Assembly: GCA_036519775.1 (NCBI GenBank)
Contig: DATDKT010000093.1
Span: 17-64,016, forward strand
Direction: 5' to 3'
Source of the DNA: Rubrobacteraceae bacterium
GTDB taxonomy: Bacteria > Actinomycetota > Rubrobacteria > Rubrobacterales > Rubrobacteraceae
Length of the DNA: 64,000 nt
In this document: positions 54,952 through 64,000 of the stretch, in pieces
Position numbering within the stretch: the stretch's first letter is position 1
Layout: the number at the start of each line of letters is the position of its first letter
The notes under the pieces: model-generated
Databases searched by the model: none
Told to the model about the DNA's origin: nothing
Seen by the model: only the letters and a program-made list of their open reading frames with translations
Program-made: the position numbers and the translations under genes

Positions 54952-57900
54952 GTGCTCTCCGCGATCCACATAAAGGGCTTCAAAACCTTTGCCCGTCCGA
55001 TTCGGATGCCGCTTGCTGGGGGAGTTACGGCCATCGTGGGGCCGAACGGTTCGGGCAAGAGCAACATCACGGACGCGGTTCTGTTCGCTCTGGGCGAGGG
55101 GAGCCCGAGTCTCTTGCGAGCGGGCTTGATGAACGATTTACTCTTCTCGGGATCGGACTCTTTGCCGCCGGCAGGGGTAGCGGAGGTCACGCTGGTCCTC
55201 GACAATGCCGAGAGTAGCATCTCCCTGCCCTACGAGGAGGTCTCGCTGACGCGCAGGATCTCGCGCGATGGCGAGACTGAGTACAGGATCAACGGCGCAC
55301 GAGCACGCCTGACCGACGTGCGTGCGATCGCCGGAGAGGCGGGTCTAGGGCGCCACAGCATCCTCCGCCAGGGGGCCGTGGACGCCATCGTCTCCGGGGG
55401 AGCCGCGGCCTGCCGCAACGCGCTGGAGGAGGCTGCGGGATTAGGGATCTTTCGCAGGCGCCGTCTCGCCGCGACCCGGAAGCTCGAACGGGCCGCCACT
55501 CGGCTCGAGAGCAGCGGCCGGGTCGAGGCGGAGCTCTCGTCACAGCTACGCAGGATAGAGACGGAGGCCGTGGCCGCCCACGAGTACCGGGAACTCGAAG
55601 TCCGCTACCGCGAGCTCTCTCTAGCTCACCTTTACCGGATGGCGATTCGGGATCTCGCGGGCGAACGCGAACGTCTAGCGGAGTTCGAAGACAAGGCATC
55701 CACCCTGCGGACCAGACATGAGACTCTGCGAGAGGAGGAACGACGTCTCGAAGCGGAGGAGAAGGAACTCGAAGGCTGGGTACGGGGGACGGAGGACGCG
55801 ATCCGGGGCCTGGAGAACGGTTCGGAGGCTTTGCGGACCGAGACCTTGCGCGCCGAGCGGACGGTGTTGCGCCTGGAGGGCACGCGGAGGCGGGGAACGG
55901 ACCACTCGCGGTTGGTCAAGCGCCTCGAAGCCGAGCTCTGCGACGTCACCTCGAAGGTCCAGCGACTGGAAGGGATAGTCGGCGAGCTCGAAGAGAGGCA
56001 CGCACGCAGAAAGAGAGAGTTCGGGCGGCTGGAGGATCTCACGGCGCAAAGACGGGCTGAGCATGCAACGGGCGCGGAGCGGCGAGCACGGCTCACCGGA
56101 GAGCTCGGAGCTTTGAGAGAACGGCGTAGGACCGTGGCGGAACGAGTCGAGGCGTCAGGCGCTCTGGGGAGTAGGGAGACTGAACTTTTGAGAGAGGTCG
56201 CAGAGAAGCTGGACGCGTACTCGCCGGAGGGGTTACACGCACGGGCTACGGCGGTGCTCGAGCGTTTTGGGAAACTGCGCTCGCTGGCCGCGGGAATGGC
56301 GTCGGAAGCGAACCGGCGAAGTGGTATGCTCGCCGCGCTCGTCGGGAGGGCAGAGACGGAGATCCGGGCTCTCAGGGCTCCGGAGCAGGTTTCGCCTGGC
56401 GGCAAGCGACTGTACGAGGTTCTGCGCCCTCGTCCGGGTTATGAGGCCGCGGTCGAAGCTGCTTTGGGAGACCTGGCCGACGGGGTATTGGCGAGGACTT
56501 TGGACGAGGGGATGAGGTTGCTCTCAGGAGACCGCGCGGCACGCGTGGTCGTGCGTCTCGACGCTGAAGGAGTGCCGGAGAACGGTGCGCTCCCCGGCAA
56601 ACCCCTTCTCGAATGTATAGAGGTTCTAGACCCCTCGTGTACAGAAGCCCTGGAACGCCTTCTTGGGGGGACCTATGTCCTGGAGCGGGTCGACCACGCT
56701 ACCCTGAAGAGCGGCTACGACATCGCGGTAACACGCGAGGGCCTGCGCTTCACCCGGACGAGCGCCAGTCGCCGTACTCCCGGCGGAGACTTCGTCCGTC
56801 GGGCACGACTCGAAGAGGAAGAAGAGTACCTCAACACGCTGAAGAACCGGCTCGGAGAGGAGCTCTACGACCTGCGAGAGACCACCTTCTTCACGTCCCG
56901 GTCCTCTGGTGAACGGACCGCGGAGGTCGAGGCCCTCGCCTCCCTGGCCTCCCGGACGTCCCTCGCCACTCGCCTGCTCACCTCCGAGACTGGGCGCCGG
57001 ATAAGAGAGGCTGAGGCCACGCGAGAGCGGCGTTCGGCGCACGCCCTGGAACTTCGCGAAATCGAGATGAAGGTCTCTACTATCGAGACAGAGCTACGAG
57101 AGGCGCGAGAGAACGAGGAGCGCGCGAAAGAGGATCTGGACGTTGCTCTCCCGGCTGTGGAGTCAGCATACATGGCGGCTCGGGAAACGGCCGGGCAGAT
57201 CGTTCGGGCGCGTACAGAGCTACGAGAGAGGCAAGACTATCGGGATCAGGTCTCGCGCGGATTGGCCGGTCTCGAGAATGCTACGATCGCTGGCGCTGAC
57301 TCCCGCCTCGAAAACCATGCCCAACACGCCGCGGAGCACGCCCGACGCCTCGACGCCGTCGTCCGGGAGCGCCTCGCTCGCTTGCGCCGTTTGCGCTCGG
57401 ATGCCGCCGGACGACGAGATCTCGCCGTCGTGGAGCACACAGTTCTAGCCCGAGAGGCTGGCGATCTGGCCGGAGAGCTTGCCAGGGTCTCCTCCGAAGC
57501 CGATGTACTGCGTGCCGAGCTCTCCCACGCCGAAGAAGCTGCCGAAACGGCCGAAGGGCAGATTTCCGAAGAGTGGGGCGCTACCCTGGAGGCCGCCCGC
57601 ACGGCGGCCGAAACCTTCCCCGAAAACGCCGACACCAAGCGCGAACGCACGCGTCTGGCACACAGGCTCAAAAACTTTGGCGACGTAAACCTGCTCGCCA
57701 TCTCCCAGGAGGGTCAACTCCGCGAGCGGTACGAGTTCGTCGCCGCCCAGCGCGCCGACGCCGAGGCCGCCGCAACCGAAATTGAACACATAATACAGAG
57801 CATGGACCGGGAGTTAGAGACCCGGTTCGAGGCGACCTTCTGGGAGGCGCGGCGGGCGTTCTCTTCGATCGTACCGCGGATGATGGAGGGCGCGGCGGGC

Positions 57901-58269
57901 GAGCTCAGTCTCTCGGAGGAGGGTGTGGAGATCGGGCTTAGGCTGAAGGGGCGCGGTTGGAGACCCTTGCGTGTGCTCTCGGGTGGGGAGCGATCACTCC
58001 TGGCGCTGTCGTTCTTGTTCAGCATCTTTTTGGGGTGGTTCGGCGCGGGTCCGAAGGCGTTCTGCATGCTCGACGAGGCCGAAGCGGCTTTGGACGATCT
58101 GAATTTGGCCCGATTTCTCACTGTGGTAGACTCTTACCGGGCGGACGGGCAGTTCCTGCTGGTAACGCACCAGAAACGGACCATGGCGGCGGCGGACGTG
58201 CTCTACGGGGTTACGCCGGATGCCTCCGGCGCCACGGTCGTCGTGTCAAAACGTCTTACGGGAGATTGA
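54952..58269 (+). CDS. smc: chromosome partition protein Smc
   Basis: 1105 aa with Walker A GPNGSGKSN, long coiled coils, a hinge, the signature LSGGERSL and Walker B MLDEAEAALD. Confidence 0.93.
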   Translation: MLSAIHIKGFKTFARPIRMPLAGGVTAIVGPNGSGKSNITDAVLFALGEGSPSLLRAGLMNDLLFSGSDSLPPAGVAEVTLVLDNAESSISLPYEEVSLTRRISRDGETEYRINGARARLTDVRAIAGEAGLGRHSILRQGAVDAIVSGGAAACRNALEEAAGLGIFRRRRLAATRKLERAATRLESSGRVEAELSSQLRRIETEAVAAHEYRELEVRYRELSLAHLYRMAIRDLAGERERLAEFEDKASTLRTRHETLREEERRLEAEEKELEGWVRGTEDAIRGLENGSEALRTETLRAERTVLRLEGTRRRGTDHSRLVKRLEAELCDVTSKVQRLEGIVGELEERHARRKREFGRLEDLTAQRRAEHATGAERRARLTGELGALRERRRTVAERVEASGALGSRETELLREVAEKLDAYSPEGLHARATAVLERFGKLRSLAAGMASEANRRSGMLAALVGRAETEIRALRAPEQVSPGGKRLYEVLRPRPGYEAAVEAALGDLADGVLARTLDEGMRLLSGDRAARVVVRLDAEGVPENGALPGKPLLECIEVLDPSCTEALERLLGGTYVLERVDHATLKSGYDIAVTREGLRFTRTSASRRTPGGDFVRRARLEEEEEYLNTLKNRLGEELYDLRETTFFTSRSSGERTAEVEALASLASRTSLATRLLTSETGRRIREAEATRERRSAHALELREIEMKVSTIETELREARENEERAKEDLDVALPAVESAYMAARETAGQIVRARTELRERQDYRDQVSRGLAGLENATIAGADSRLENHAQHAAEHARRLDAVVRERLARLRRLRSDAAGRRDLAVVEHTVLAREAGDLAGELARVSSEADVLRAELSHAEEAAETAEGQISEEWGATLEAARTAAETFPENADTKRERTRLAHRLKNFGDVNLLAISQEGQLRERYEFVAAQRADAEAAATEIEHIIQSMDRELETRFEATFWEARRAFSSIVPRMMEGAAGELSLSEEGVEIGLRLKGRGWRPLRVLSGGERSLLALSFLFSIFLGWFGAGPKAFCMLDEAEAALDDLNLARFLTVVDSYRADGQFLLVTHQKRTMAAADVLYGVTPDASGATVVVSKRLTGD

Positions 58270-58280
58270 GAAGATTCGTT

Positions 58281-59435
58281 ATGGGCCGGTCGTGGCGCAG
58301 CTTTCTGAGAAGTTCCAAAAAAGAGCCGCAGAGGTCTGGTACGGTCGTCGAGACGCCCGAACGGGAGCCAGAGGAGTTCGAGGATGTTCCCGAGGAGGTG
58401 GACGGCGCTCCGGTCGAACCCGTCGTGGAGTCAGTCGACGAATCGGTGGAGGCCCCTCCGGTAAAGCCGGATGGTAAAGGTGCTGCGATAGGTGAGGTTG
58501 AAGTGCCTCCTTCCGAGGAAGAAACCGTCGGCTCCTGGTTCGGCCGTTTGCGGCGGGGCATGAGGCGGAGCCGGGAGTCGTTTGTCGGGCAGCTCAACGC
58601 GGCCGTGGCGGAATTCCGGGACGCGGAGGACGAGGAGTTTTGGGAGAGGATCGAGGAGATCCTCATCACCTCCGACGTGGGCGTACCGACCACGGCGAGG
58701 CTCGTCGCGGAGCTCGAGCAAGAGGCGCTGGAGAGGAACATCACCAGCGGCAAGGAACTCCGGGAGCTTATGATCGAGCGTGCGACGCGTTTGCTCGACA
58801 AGCGGATAGAGCTCGACGTCTCGCACGAGCCGACGGTGATCCTGATGGTCGGGGTGAACGGCACGGGCAAGACGACGAACATCGGAAAGCTCGTCCACTT
58901 CCTGCCGGGAAAGGTCATGCTTGCCGCGGGCGACACCTTCCGGGCGGCGGCCATCGAGCAGTTGCAGACGTGGGGTGAGAGGACGGGGGCCAGGGTCATC
59001 TCCAGTGAGCGGGGCGCGGACTCAGCCTCGGTCGCCCACGAGGCGGTCGAGGAGGCGAAGAGGGACGGCACGGACGTCCTGCTCATAGATACCGCAGGGA
59101 GACTTCACACCAAGGCCAACCTCATGGGGGAGCTCGACAAGGTGAGGCGGGTTATAGAGCGCCAGATGCCTGGGGCGCCGCATGAGGTGCTTATGACGGT
59201 GGACGCGACGACGGGGCAGAACGGCTTGAGGCAAGCTAAACTCTTCCACGAGGTCGCGGGGGTTACGGGGATCATCCTGACCAAGCTCGACGGGACGGCG
59301 AAGGGTGGCATCGCGCTGGCCATCGCCAACGAGGTCGGGGTGCCGATAAAGCTGATCTCAGTCGGCGAGCAGGTGGGCGACCTGCACCCGTTCGAGGCGC
59401 GCGAGTTCGCGGAAGCGTTGTTTGGAGATTTGTAA
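58281..59435 (+). CDS. ftsY: signal recognition particle receptor FtsY
   Basis: I chose ATG 58281, just after the smc stop. Acidic N-domain, then an NG domain with GVNGTGKTT, DTAGR and TKLDG. Confidence 0.93.
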   Translation: MGRSWRSFLRSSKKEPQRSGTVVETPEREPEEFEDVPEEVDGAPVEPVVESVDESVEAPPVKPDGKGAAIGEVEVPPSEEETVGSWFGRLRRGMRRSRESFVGQLNAAVAEFRDAEDEEFWERIEEILITSDVGVPTTARLVAELEQEALERNITSGKELRELMIERATRLLDKRIELDVSHEPTVILMVGVNGTGKTTNIGKLVHFLPGKVMLAAGDTFRAAAIEQLQTWGERTGARVISSERGADSASVAHEAVEEAKRDGTDVLLIDTAGRLHTKANLMGELDKVRRVIERQMPGAPHEVLMTVDATTGQNGLRQAKLFHEVAGVTGIILTKLDGTAKGGIALAIANEVGVPIKLISVGEQVGDLHPFEAREFAEALFGDL

Positions 59436-59437
59436 GT

Positions 59438-60781
59438 ATGTTCGATACTTTAAGCGAGAGGCTGGGCTCGGCTCTAGACGGGGTGCGCGGTAGCGGTAAC
59501 CTCACCGAGGACCAGGTAAAGAAGGTCACGCGAGAGATACGGCTCGCTCTGTTAGAGGCCGACGTGAACTACGGGGTCGTTAAGGAGTTCGTCGGCAACG
59601 TGCGCGAGCGCGCCACGGGGGCGGAGGTCTCGAAGGCTCTTAGCCCGGGCCAGCAGGTCGTGAAGATCGTCAACGAGGAGCTCGCGAACCTCATGGGGGG
59701 CACTTCGAGCAAGCTCGCCTTCGCCTCGCGGCCGCCGACGGTGGTGATGCTCGCGGGCCTCAACGGCCATGGCAAGACGACGACCGCCGGTAAGCTCGCC
59801 CTCTTCGTACGCAAGAACCTGGGCAAGAACCCGTACCTGGTCGCGTGCGACACGTACCGGCCGGCTGCTATAGAACAGTTGCAGCAGCTCGGCAAGGAGT
59901 TGGGTGTCCCGGTCTACTCCGAGGGTACGGAGCCTGAGCCAGAGAGCATTGCCGAGCACGGCATCAAGGCCGCCAGGGACGAGGGTTACGACTTCGTCAT
60001 CGTGGACACCGCTGGCCGGCAGGTCGTGGACCAAGATATGATGGAGGAGATCAAGCGCGTAAGGGGCACGATAATGCCACACTCGGTCCTCCTGGTCCTC
60101 GATGTGGTGACGGGGCAGAACGCGGTTGAGATCGCCCAGGCCTTCGGGGAGTATGCGGACTTCGATGGGATGGTCTTGACGAAGCTCGACGGCGATGCCA
60201 GGGGCGGGGCGGCGCTCTCGGTCGTCTCGGTTACGGGGCGCCCGATCAAGTTCGCCAGCGAGGGCGAGAAGATGGGCGAGTTCGACTACTTCTACCCCGA
60301 CCGGATGGCGGGGCGGATCCTGGGGATGGGTGACGTCCTCACCCTCATCGAGAAGGCCGAGGCGCAGGTGGACCGCGAGGAGGCCCAGGCCCAGAGCCAG
60401 AAGCTTTTGGCCGGGAAATTCGACTTCGAGGACTTCCTGAAGCAGATGCAGATGATCAAGAAGATGGGCCCGCTCTCGGGGCTCCTCGGCATGATTCCTG
60501 GTATGGGCAAGCAGCTCAAGGGCGCGAACCTGGACGATTTGGACGACGGAGCCCTCAATCGGGTCGAGGCGATAATAACCTCGATGACCGCCCAGGAGCG
60601 CCACAACCCCAAGCTGTTGCAGAACCCGAGCCGGGCGCGTAGGATAGCGCGCGGCTCCGGGTCGACCCAGCAGGACGTTCAGAAGCTAGTCAAGCAGTTC
60701 GGCCAGATGCAGAAGATGATGCGGCAGATGGGTAAGGGTGGCATGCCGAAGATGCCTCGGATGCCGTTCAACATGAGATAG
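59438..60781 (+). CDS. ffh: signal recognition particle protein Ffh
   Basis: 447 aa with [24 protein letters not shown] and a Met-rich M domain. Confidence 0.97.
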   Translation: MFDTLSERLGSALDGVRGSGNLTEDQVKKVTREIRLALLEADVNYGVVKEFVGNVRERATGAEVSKALSPGQQVVKIVNEELANLMGGTSSKLAFASRPPTVVMLAGLNGHGKTTTAGKLALFVRKNLGKNPYLVACDTYRPAAIEQLQQLGKELGVPVYSEGTEPEPESIAEHGIKAARDEGYDFVIVDTAGRQVVDQDMMEEIKRVRGTIMPHSVLLVLDVVTGQNAVEIAQAFGEYADFDGMVLTKLDGDARGGAALSVVSVTGRPIKFASEGEKMGEFDYFYPDRMAGRILGMGDVLTLIEKAEAQVDREEAQAQSQKLLAGKFDFEDFLKQMQMIKKMGPLSGLLGMIPGMGKQLKGANLDDLDDGALNRVEAIITSMTAQERHNPKLLQNPSRARRIARGSGSTQQDVQKLVKQFGQMQKMMRQMGKGGMPKMPRMPFNMR

Positions 60782-60797
60782 CGAAAGAGGTGGAAGT

Positions 60798-61040
60798 ATG
60801 GCGGTAAAGATCAGGCTAGCCAAGCACGGCTCGAAGAAGGCGCCCTTTTACAGGATAGTGGTGGCCGACGCGAGGAGCCCTCGCGATGGGGCGTTTATAG
60901 ACCGCGTCGGGACGTACAACCCGCGCACCCAGCCGTCGGAGATAAAGGTAGACGTCGAGAAGGCGCAGGAGTGGCTCGGAAAGGGGGCGCAGCCCACAAA
61001 CCAAGTCCGGAGGTTACTGCAGATCTCTGGAGCCCTTTAA
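60798..61040 (+). CDS. rpsP: 30S ribosomal protein S16
   Basis: 80 aa [26 protein letters not shown] (gaggtgg) upstream. Confidence 0.95.
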   Translation: MAVKIRLAKHGSKKAPFYRIVVADARSPRDGAFIDRVGTYNPRTQPSEIKVDVEKAQEWLGKGAQPTNQVRRLLQISGAL

Positions 61041-61055
61041 GGCGGAGGAGCATCG

Positions 61056-61295
61056 TTGCGGCAGCTGGAAGATCTGCTCCTACTTCTGGCGCGTTCCCTG
61101 GTGGACGAGCCGGAGAAGGTCGAGGTTGAAGGAAGAGAGACGGACTCGAGGGTTGATCTCACCCTGCGTGTGGCGCCCGACGATGTGGGGAAGGTGATCG
61201 GGCGCGGAGGAAGGATCGTGAAGGCGATCCGCACGGTGATGAAGGCGGCCTCCGTGAAGGCGAACAAGCGCGTCAACGTGGAGGTTGCGGACTAG
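61056..61295 (+). CDS. KH-domain RNA-binding protein (YlqC-like)
   Basis: 79 aa with the KH GXXG loop VGKVIGRGGRIVKAIR, in the conserved slot between rpsP and rimM. Confidence 0.85.
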   Translation: MRQLEDLLLLLARSLVDEPEKVEVEGRETDSRVDLTLRVAPDDVGKVIGRGGRIVKAIRTVMKAASVKANKRVNVEVAD

Positions 61296-61300
61296 GGGTC

Positions 61301-61816
61301 GTGGACGGTTCCGTAGAGGGCCTCGCCGATCCGGTGGTAATCGGCACGATAGCCGCCCCCCACGGCGTGCGGGGTACCCTCAAGGTTAAGGTACTGGGCT
61401 CGGGCCGCCACCTGAGAAAGGGCGTCAAACCCGTGGTTAAGGGCGAGCGCCGCCGGATACTAGCGGCGCGCGAAACGCCGAAGGGTTTTCTGGTCGACTT
61501 CGAAGGCATCGAAGATCGTGAACTCGCCGGATGTTTGCGCGGGACGGAGCTGCTCCTGGACCGCGAGGAGCTGGACGCACTCGATGCAGAAGAGTTCTAT
61601 GTCGGGGACCTCGTCGGTCTCGAGGCTTACGACGCGGCGGGTACCCGCTTGGGGAGCGTGGCTAATATCTTCGAGACGCCCGCGTACGAGGTTCTGGTGG
61701 TTCGGGATGACGAGTCCGCGGAGCATTACGTACCCTTCACGCTCGAGCACGTCCCCTCGGTTGACATGGAAGAGGGACGCGTAGTAATGAACCTTTCCGA
61801 AGGTTTTTCCGAATGA
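61301..61816 (+). CDS. rimM: ribosome maturation factor RimM
   Basis: 171 aa with IGTIAAPHGVRGTLKV and a C-terminal PRC barrel. Confidence 0.9.
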   Translation: MDGSVEGLADPVVIGTIAAPHGVRGTLKVKVLGSGRHLRKGVKPVVKGERRRILAARETPKGFLVDFEGIEDRELAGCLRGTELLLDREELDALDAEEFYVGDLVGLEAYDAAGTRLGSVANIFETPAYEVLVVRDDESAEHYVPFTLEHVPSVDMEEGRVVMNLSEGFSE

Positions 61817-62589
61817 AGAGCATAGACGTCTTCTGTGTGTTCCCGGAGGCTGTAGAGGCCACAGTGTGCGTCGGGGTGGTTGGAAGGGCCATCAAAAAAG
61901 GGGTGGTCTCGCTGCGCACCTTCGATCTTCGGGAATATGCTCCAAAGGGAAGGATAGACGACATGCCTTTTGGAGGAGGGGCGGGGATGGTGGTGCGGGT
62001 GGACGTTGTCGCCCGGGCCTTCGAGGAGGTGTACGGGGTTTCGGCACGCGCTGTGCGGGAGGAACGGCGTGTGGTCCTCACGGAGCCTGGCGGGCGCAAG
62101 GTTGAGCAAGGGTACGTCGGGGAGCTGGCGGAGGAACTTTCGGGTAGCCGTGGCTTGACGATAATCTGCGGGCGATATGGTGGGGTGGACGAGCGGGTGA
62201 GCACGGCTCTGGCGACGGAGCAAGTCTCTTTGGGCGACTTCGTACTCTCGGGCGGGGAGATCGTAGCGGCGGCGCTTACGGACGCGGTGATACGCCTCCT
62301 CGGGGGCGTTGTCGGCAACGAGGAGAGTCTGGTTGGGGAATCGTTCTCACGGGAGGGCGTTCTGGGTCCGCCGCAGTACACGCGGCCCGCCGTGTGGGAT
62401 GAAGAGGAGGTGCCGGCCGTGCTATTATCCGGCAACCACGCCGAGATCCGCGCCTGGCGGAAGAGCGTGGCACGCAGCAGGGCAAGGATCCGGACCGGTA
62501 GCCCCAGCATGGGCTCCCGAAGAGAGCCTGGGAAGGAACCCCTGGCCTTTGAGGATCCGAACACCATCCGAGAGAGGAGACGAATATGA
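61813..62589 (+). CDS. trmD: tRNA (guanine37-N1)-methyltransferase
   Basis: 258 aa with the TrmD core ([32 protein letters not shown]) plus a basic C-terminal tail. ATGA overlap with rimM. Confidence 0.95.
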   Translation: MKSIDVFCVFPEAVEATVCVGVVGRAIKKGVVSLRTFDLREYAPKGRIDDMPFGGGAGMVVRVDVVARAFEEVYGVSARAVREERRVVLTEPGGRKVEQGYVGELAEELSGSRGLTIICGRYGGVDERVSTALATEQVSLGDFVLSGGEIVAAALTDAVIRLLGGVVGNEESLVGESFSREGVLGPPQYTRPAVWDEEEVPAVLLSGNHAEIRAWRKSVARSRARIRTGSPSMGSRREPGKEPLAFEDPNTIRERRRI

Positions 62590-62927
62590 TTACGAACGAT
62601 ACGATACAATCGGACGGCGTTCGCTCGAACGTCGCCGAGTTCAAGCCGGGGGACACGGTGCGGGTCAGCTACCGGGTCATCGAGGGCAACCGGGAGCGAA
62701 TACAGAACTTCGAAGGCCTTTGCATTCAACGCAAAGGTGAGGGTATAGGCGGGACGTTCACCGTGCGCAAAAACTCCTTTGGGGTCCCGGTGGAGCGCGT
62801 CTTCCCCCTGCATTCGCCAAAGATAGCGGGGTTGGATGTGGTTTCGCGGGGCGACGTCCGACGGGCGAAGCTCTACTATATCCGCGACAAGGTCGGCAAG
62901 AAGGCCCGGGTAAAGAAGGCTACTTAG
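62586..62927 (+). CDS. rplS: 50S ribosomal protein L19
   Basis: 113 aa with [30 protein letters not shown] overlap with trmD. Confidence 0.95.
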   Translation: MITNDTIQSDGVRSNVAEFKPGDTVRVSYRVIEGNRERIQNFEGLCIQRKGEGIGGTFTVRKNSFGVPVERVFPLHSPKIAGLDVVSRGDVRRAKLYYIRDKVGKKARVKKAT

Positions 62928-62943
62928 CCTAAAGGCGAGCACT

Positions 62944-63564
62944 TTGAGCCGTACCCGAGGAGGGCGTCGCGCGGAGAGCGGCGCCCTCTACGCTTTCGAT
63001 GCCGCCTGGATGGCGGAGCGGAGCGGGCCTCTGGCAGGGGCGGACGAGGCCGGACGCGGCGCGTTGGCCGGGCCGTTGGTCGCCGCGGCGGTCGTTCTGG
63101 GGGAGGGTGAGATTCGAGGGATAAACGACTCCAAAGCCCTCCACACCGATCTGCGCGAGGAGCTCTATGGAGAGGTGCTCGAAAGCACCGGGGCTCTCTG
63201 CGTCGTCTCCTTCCCCGCGTGGTGGATCGACCGCCACGGCGTCGGGGCCGCGAACAGGGAGGCTCTTGGGCGCGCCCTCGAAGGCCTGCGCCCGTACTCT
63301 GGGTGTGGCCTCGCGGACGGGAACCTCAAGCTCGGGCTCGAAGTAGAGTGCCTGCCGCGAGCAGACGGCAAGAGCGCCGCGGTCGCGGCGGCGAGCGTGG
63401 TGGCGAAGGTCTTGAGGGACGGCGCGATGTGGGTACTGGCCGGAGAGCACTCTCACTACGGTTTCGAGCGCAACCGGGGATACGGGACGCCGGAACACCG
63501 TTTGTCTTTGCAGGAGGCCGGACCGTGTCGGGTGCATCGTTTGAGCTACGCCGGGGTCGTATGA
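62944..63564 (+). CDS. rnhB: ribonuclease HII
   Basis: 206 aa with the catalytic motifs GADEAGRGALAGP and NDSK. Confidence 0.9.
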   Translation: MSRTRGGRRAESGALYAFDAAWMAERSGPLAGADEAGRGALAGPLVAAAVVLGEGEIRGINDSKALHTDLREELYGEVLESTGALCVVSFPAWWIDRHGVGAANREALGRALEGLRPYSGCGLADGNLKLGLEVECLPRADGKSAAVAAASVVAKVLRDGAMWVLAGEHSHYGFERNRGYGTPEHRLSLQEAGPCRVHRLSYAGVV

Positions 63565-63565
63565 A

Positions 63566-63736
63566 CTGGGCAGGCGGCGGCTCGGAGACAGGGGCGAAGC
63601 CCTAGCTTTGGTGTACCTCGAGGAGAGAGGTTACATGCTCGTCGAACGCAAAAACCGGACGCGTCACGGCGAAATCGACGTCGTGATGCGCGACGAGGAG
63701 ACCCTGGTGTTGATTCCAAAGTACAAAACGCCATGA
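63566..63736 (+). pseudogene. yraN: 5-prime half of a YraN/UPF0102-family endonuclease gene, cut short
   Basis: LGDRGEALALVYLEERGYMLVERKNRTRHGEIDVVMRDEETLV matches the YraN N-terminal half. The expected continuation (FVEVK.R...) is replaced after about 63711 by LIPKYKTP-stop. The only in-frame initiator before the conserved part is CTG 63566. Confidence 0.6.
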
Positions 63737-63901
63737 CCCCTCATCACGATTCCATGCTCCCCTCAGTGAGGGAATATCTACAGCGGACTAGCAACGACGT
63801 TGAACCAATAAGTACTCCGTACGAGGACATGACATGGGCCAAGAACCTCACATAACGCCGTAGGGCTATAGGGGTGACGAGTCCCCGGTTGGGCGTAAGA
63901 C

Positions 63902-63915
63902 TCCTCAATTGAGGA
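63902..63915. repeat. perfect 14-bp palindrome TCCTCAATTGAGGA
   Basis: Read directly from the sequence. It shares the half-site CCTCA/TGAGG with a second palindrome, ccctcaGtgaggg, at 63760-63772. Confidence 0.85.
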
Positions 63916-63931
63916 TGTTGCAGGATGTTGC
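63912..63931. repeat. perfect 2 x 10-bp tandem repeat aggatgttgc, part of a phased series of ATGTT/GTGTT motifs
   Basis: The ATGTT-type pentamer starts at 63915, 63925, 63935, 63948, 63958 and 63978, giving spacings of 10, 10, 13, 10 and 20 nt. Confidence 0.85.
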
Positions 63932-64000
63932 TTAATGTTCGGCTCAGGTGTTGCATAATGTTCAACTCTATTAGATAATGTTATGGTCGTTTGGGCAATG

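Larger units (their letters stand above)
63712..64000. other. abrupt switch to visibly lower-G+C, repeat- and palindrome-rich DNA (possible edge of an inserted element)
   Basis: The composition change coincides with the loss of yraN homology. The segment contains the palindromes and phased ATGTT repeats listed below. No convincing ORF. Confidence 0.4.

Noticed and set aside
57957-58280. N-terminal extension of the ftsY ORF (492-aa version).
   Set aside because: It lies entirely inside the conserved C-terminal ATPase head of smc in another frame. ATG 58281, right after the smc stop, gives a standard acidic-N-domain FtsY.
63744-63965. 73-codon minus-strand ORF in the low-GC terminal segment.
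   Set aside because: Its length is explained by the AT-rich repeat DNA (the NIMQH / NILQH repeats mirror the ATGTT motifs). It has no SD, no family resemblance and odd composition.

Overview
High-G+C, gene-dense segment of core chromosome, transcribed almost entirely on the plus strand. I can place about 65 protein genes, one FMN riboswitch, one clear intrinsic terminator and several candidate promoters. I see no rRNA, tRNA, CRISPR array, transposase or integrase gene, and no recognisable defence or toxin system.

Gene content in order:
- ilvD(-), DMT transporter, VOC protein, ggt(-)
- DUF2905-queA-tgt-secD-secF
- phasin-like protein plus ABC1/UbiB-type kinase, relA/spoT, MBL hydrolase-hisS, Sir2 deacylase, YbdK-type ligase
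- a minus-strand aspS-VOC-FAD oxidoreductase run
- a lipoprotein with a lamin-tail-like C-terminus
- cysteine desulfurase followed by an IscU-like::MnmA fusion
- a DUF948 / YtxH / RsbW-like / SigB-F-type sigma cluster
- alaS-ruvX-mltG, frameshifted aroE and clpS, rpe
- FMN riboswitch-ribD-ribE-ribBA-ribH, rpmB(-)
- yloV-degV-recG, an in-frame rsmD::coaD fusion
- yceD-rpmF-plsX-fabH-fabD-fabZ-fabG-acpP-fabF-rnc-smc-ftsY-ffh-rpsP-KH-rimM-trmD-rplS-rnhB and a truncated yraN

This Firmicute-like gene order in a high-GC background suggests a deep-branching actinobacterium. Rubrobacter-like is only my guess.

Honest assessment: this is mostly ordinary housekeeping DNA, and I do not see a convincing novel multi-gene system. 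The items most worth a second look are:
1. The desulfurase + IscU-like::C-type MnmA thiolation module.
2. The last ~290 bp, where yraN is cut short and the sequence switches to low-GC DNA with phased ATGTT repeats and palindromes. This may be the edge of an integrated element that continues beyond the window.
3. Four single-base-deficit frameshifts (aroE twice, clpS, a small membrane gene). Two sit in G-runs, so they look more like assembly indels than biology.
4. A recurrent TAnAAT hexamer exactly 6-7 nt upstream of start codons, implying leaderless mRNAs.
5. Conserved N-termini of tgt, ruvX and yraN that lie upstream of any ATG/GTG/TTG codon.
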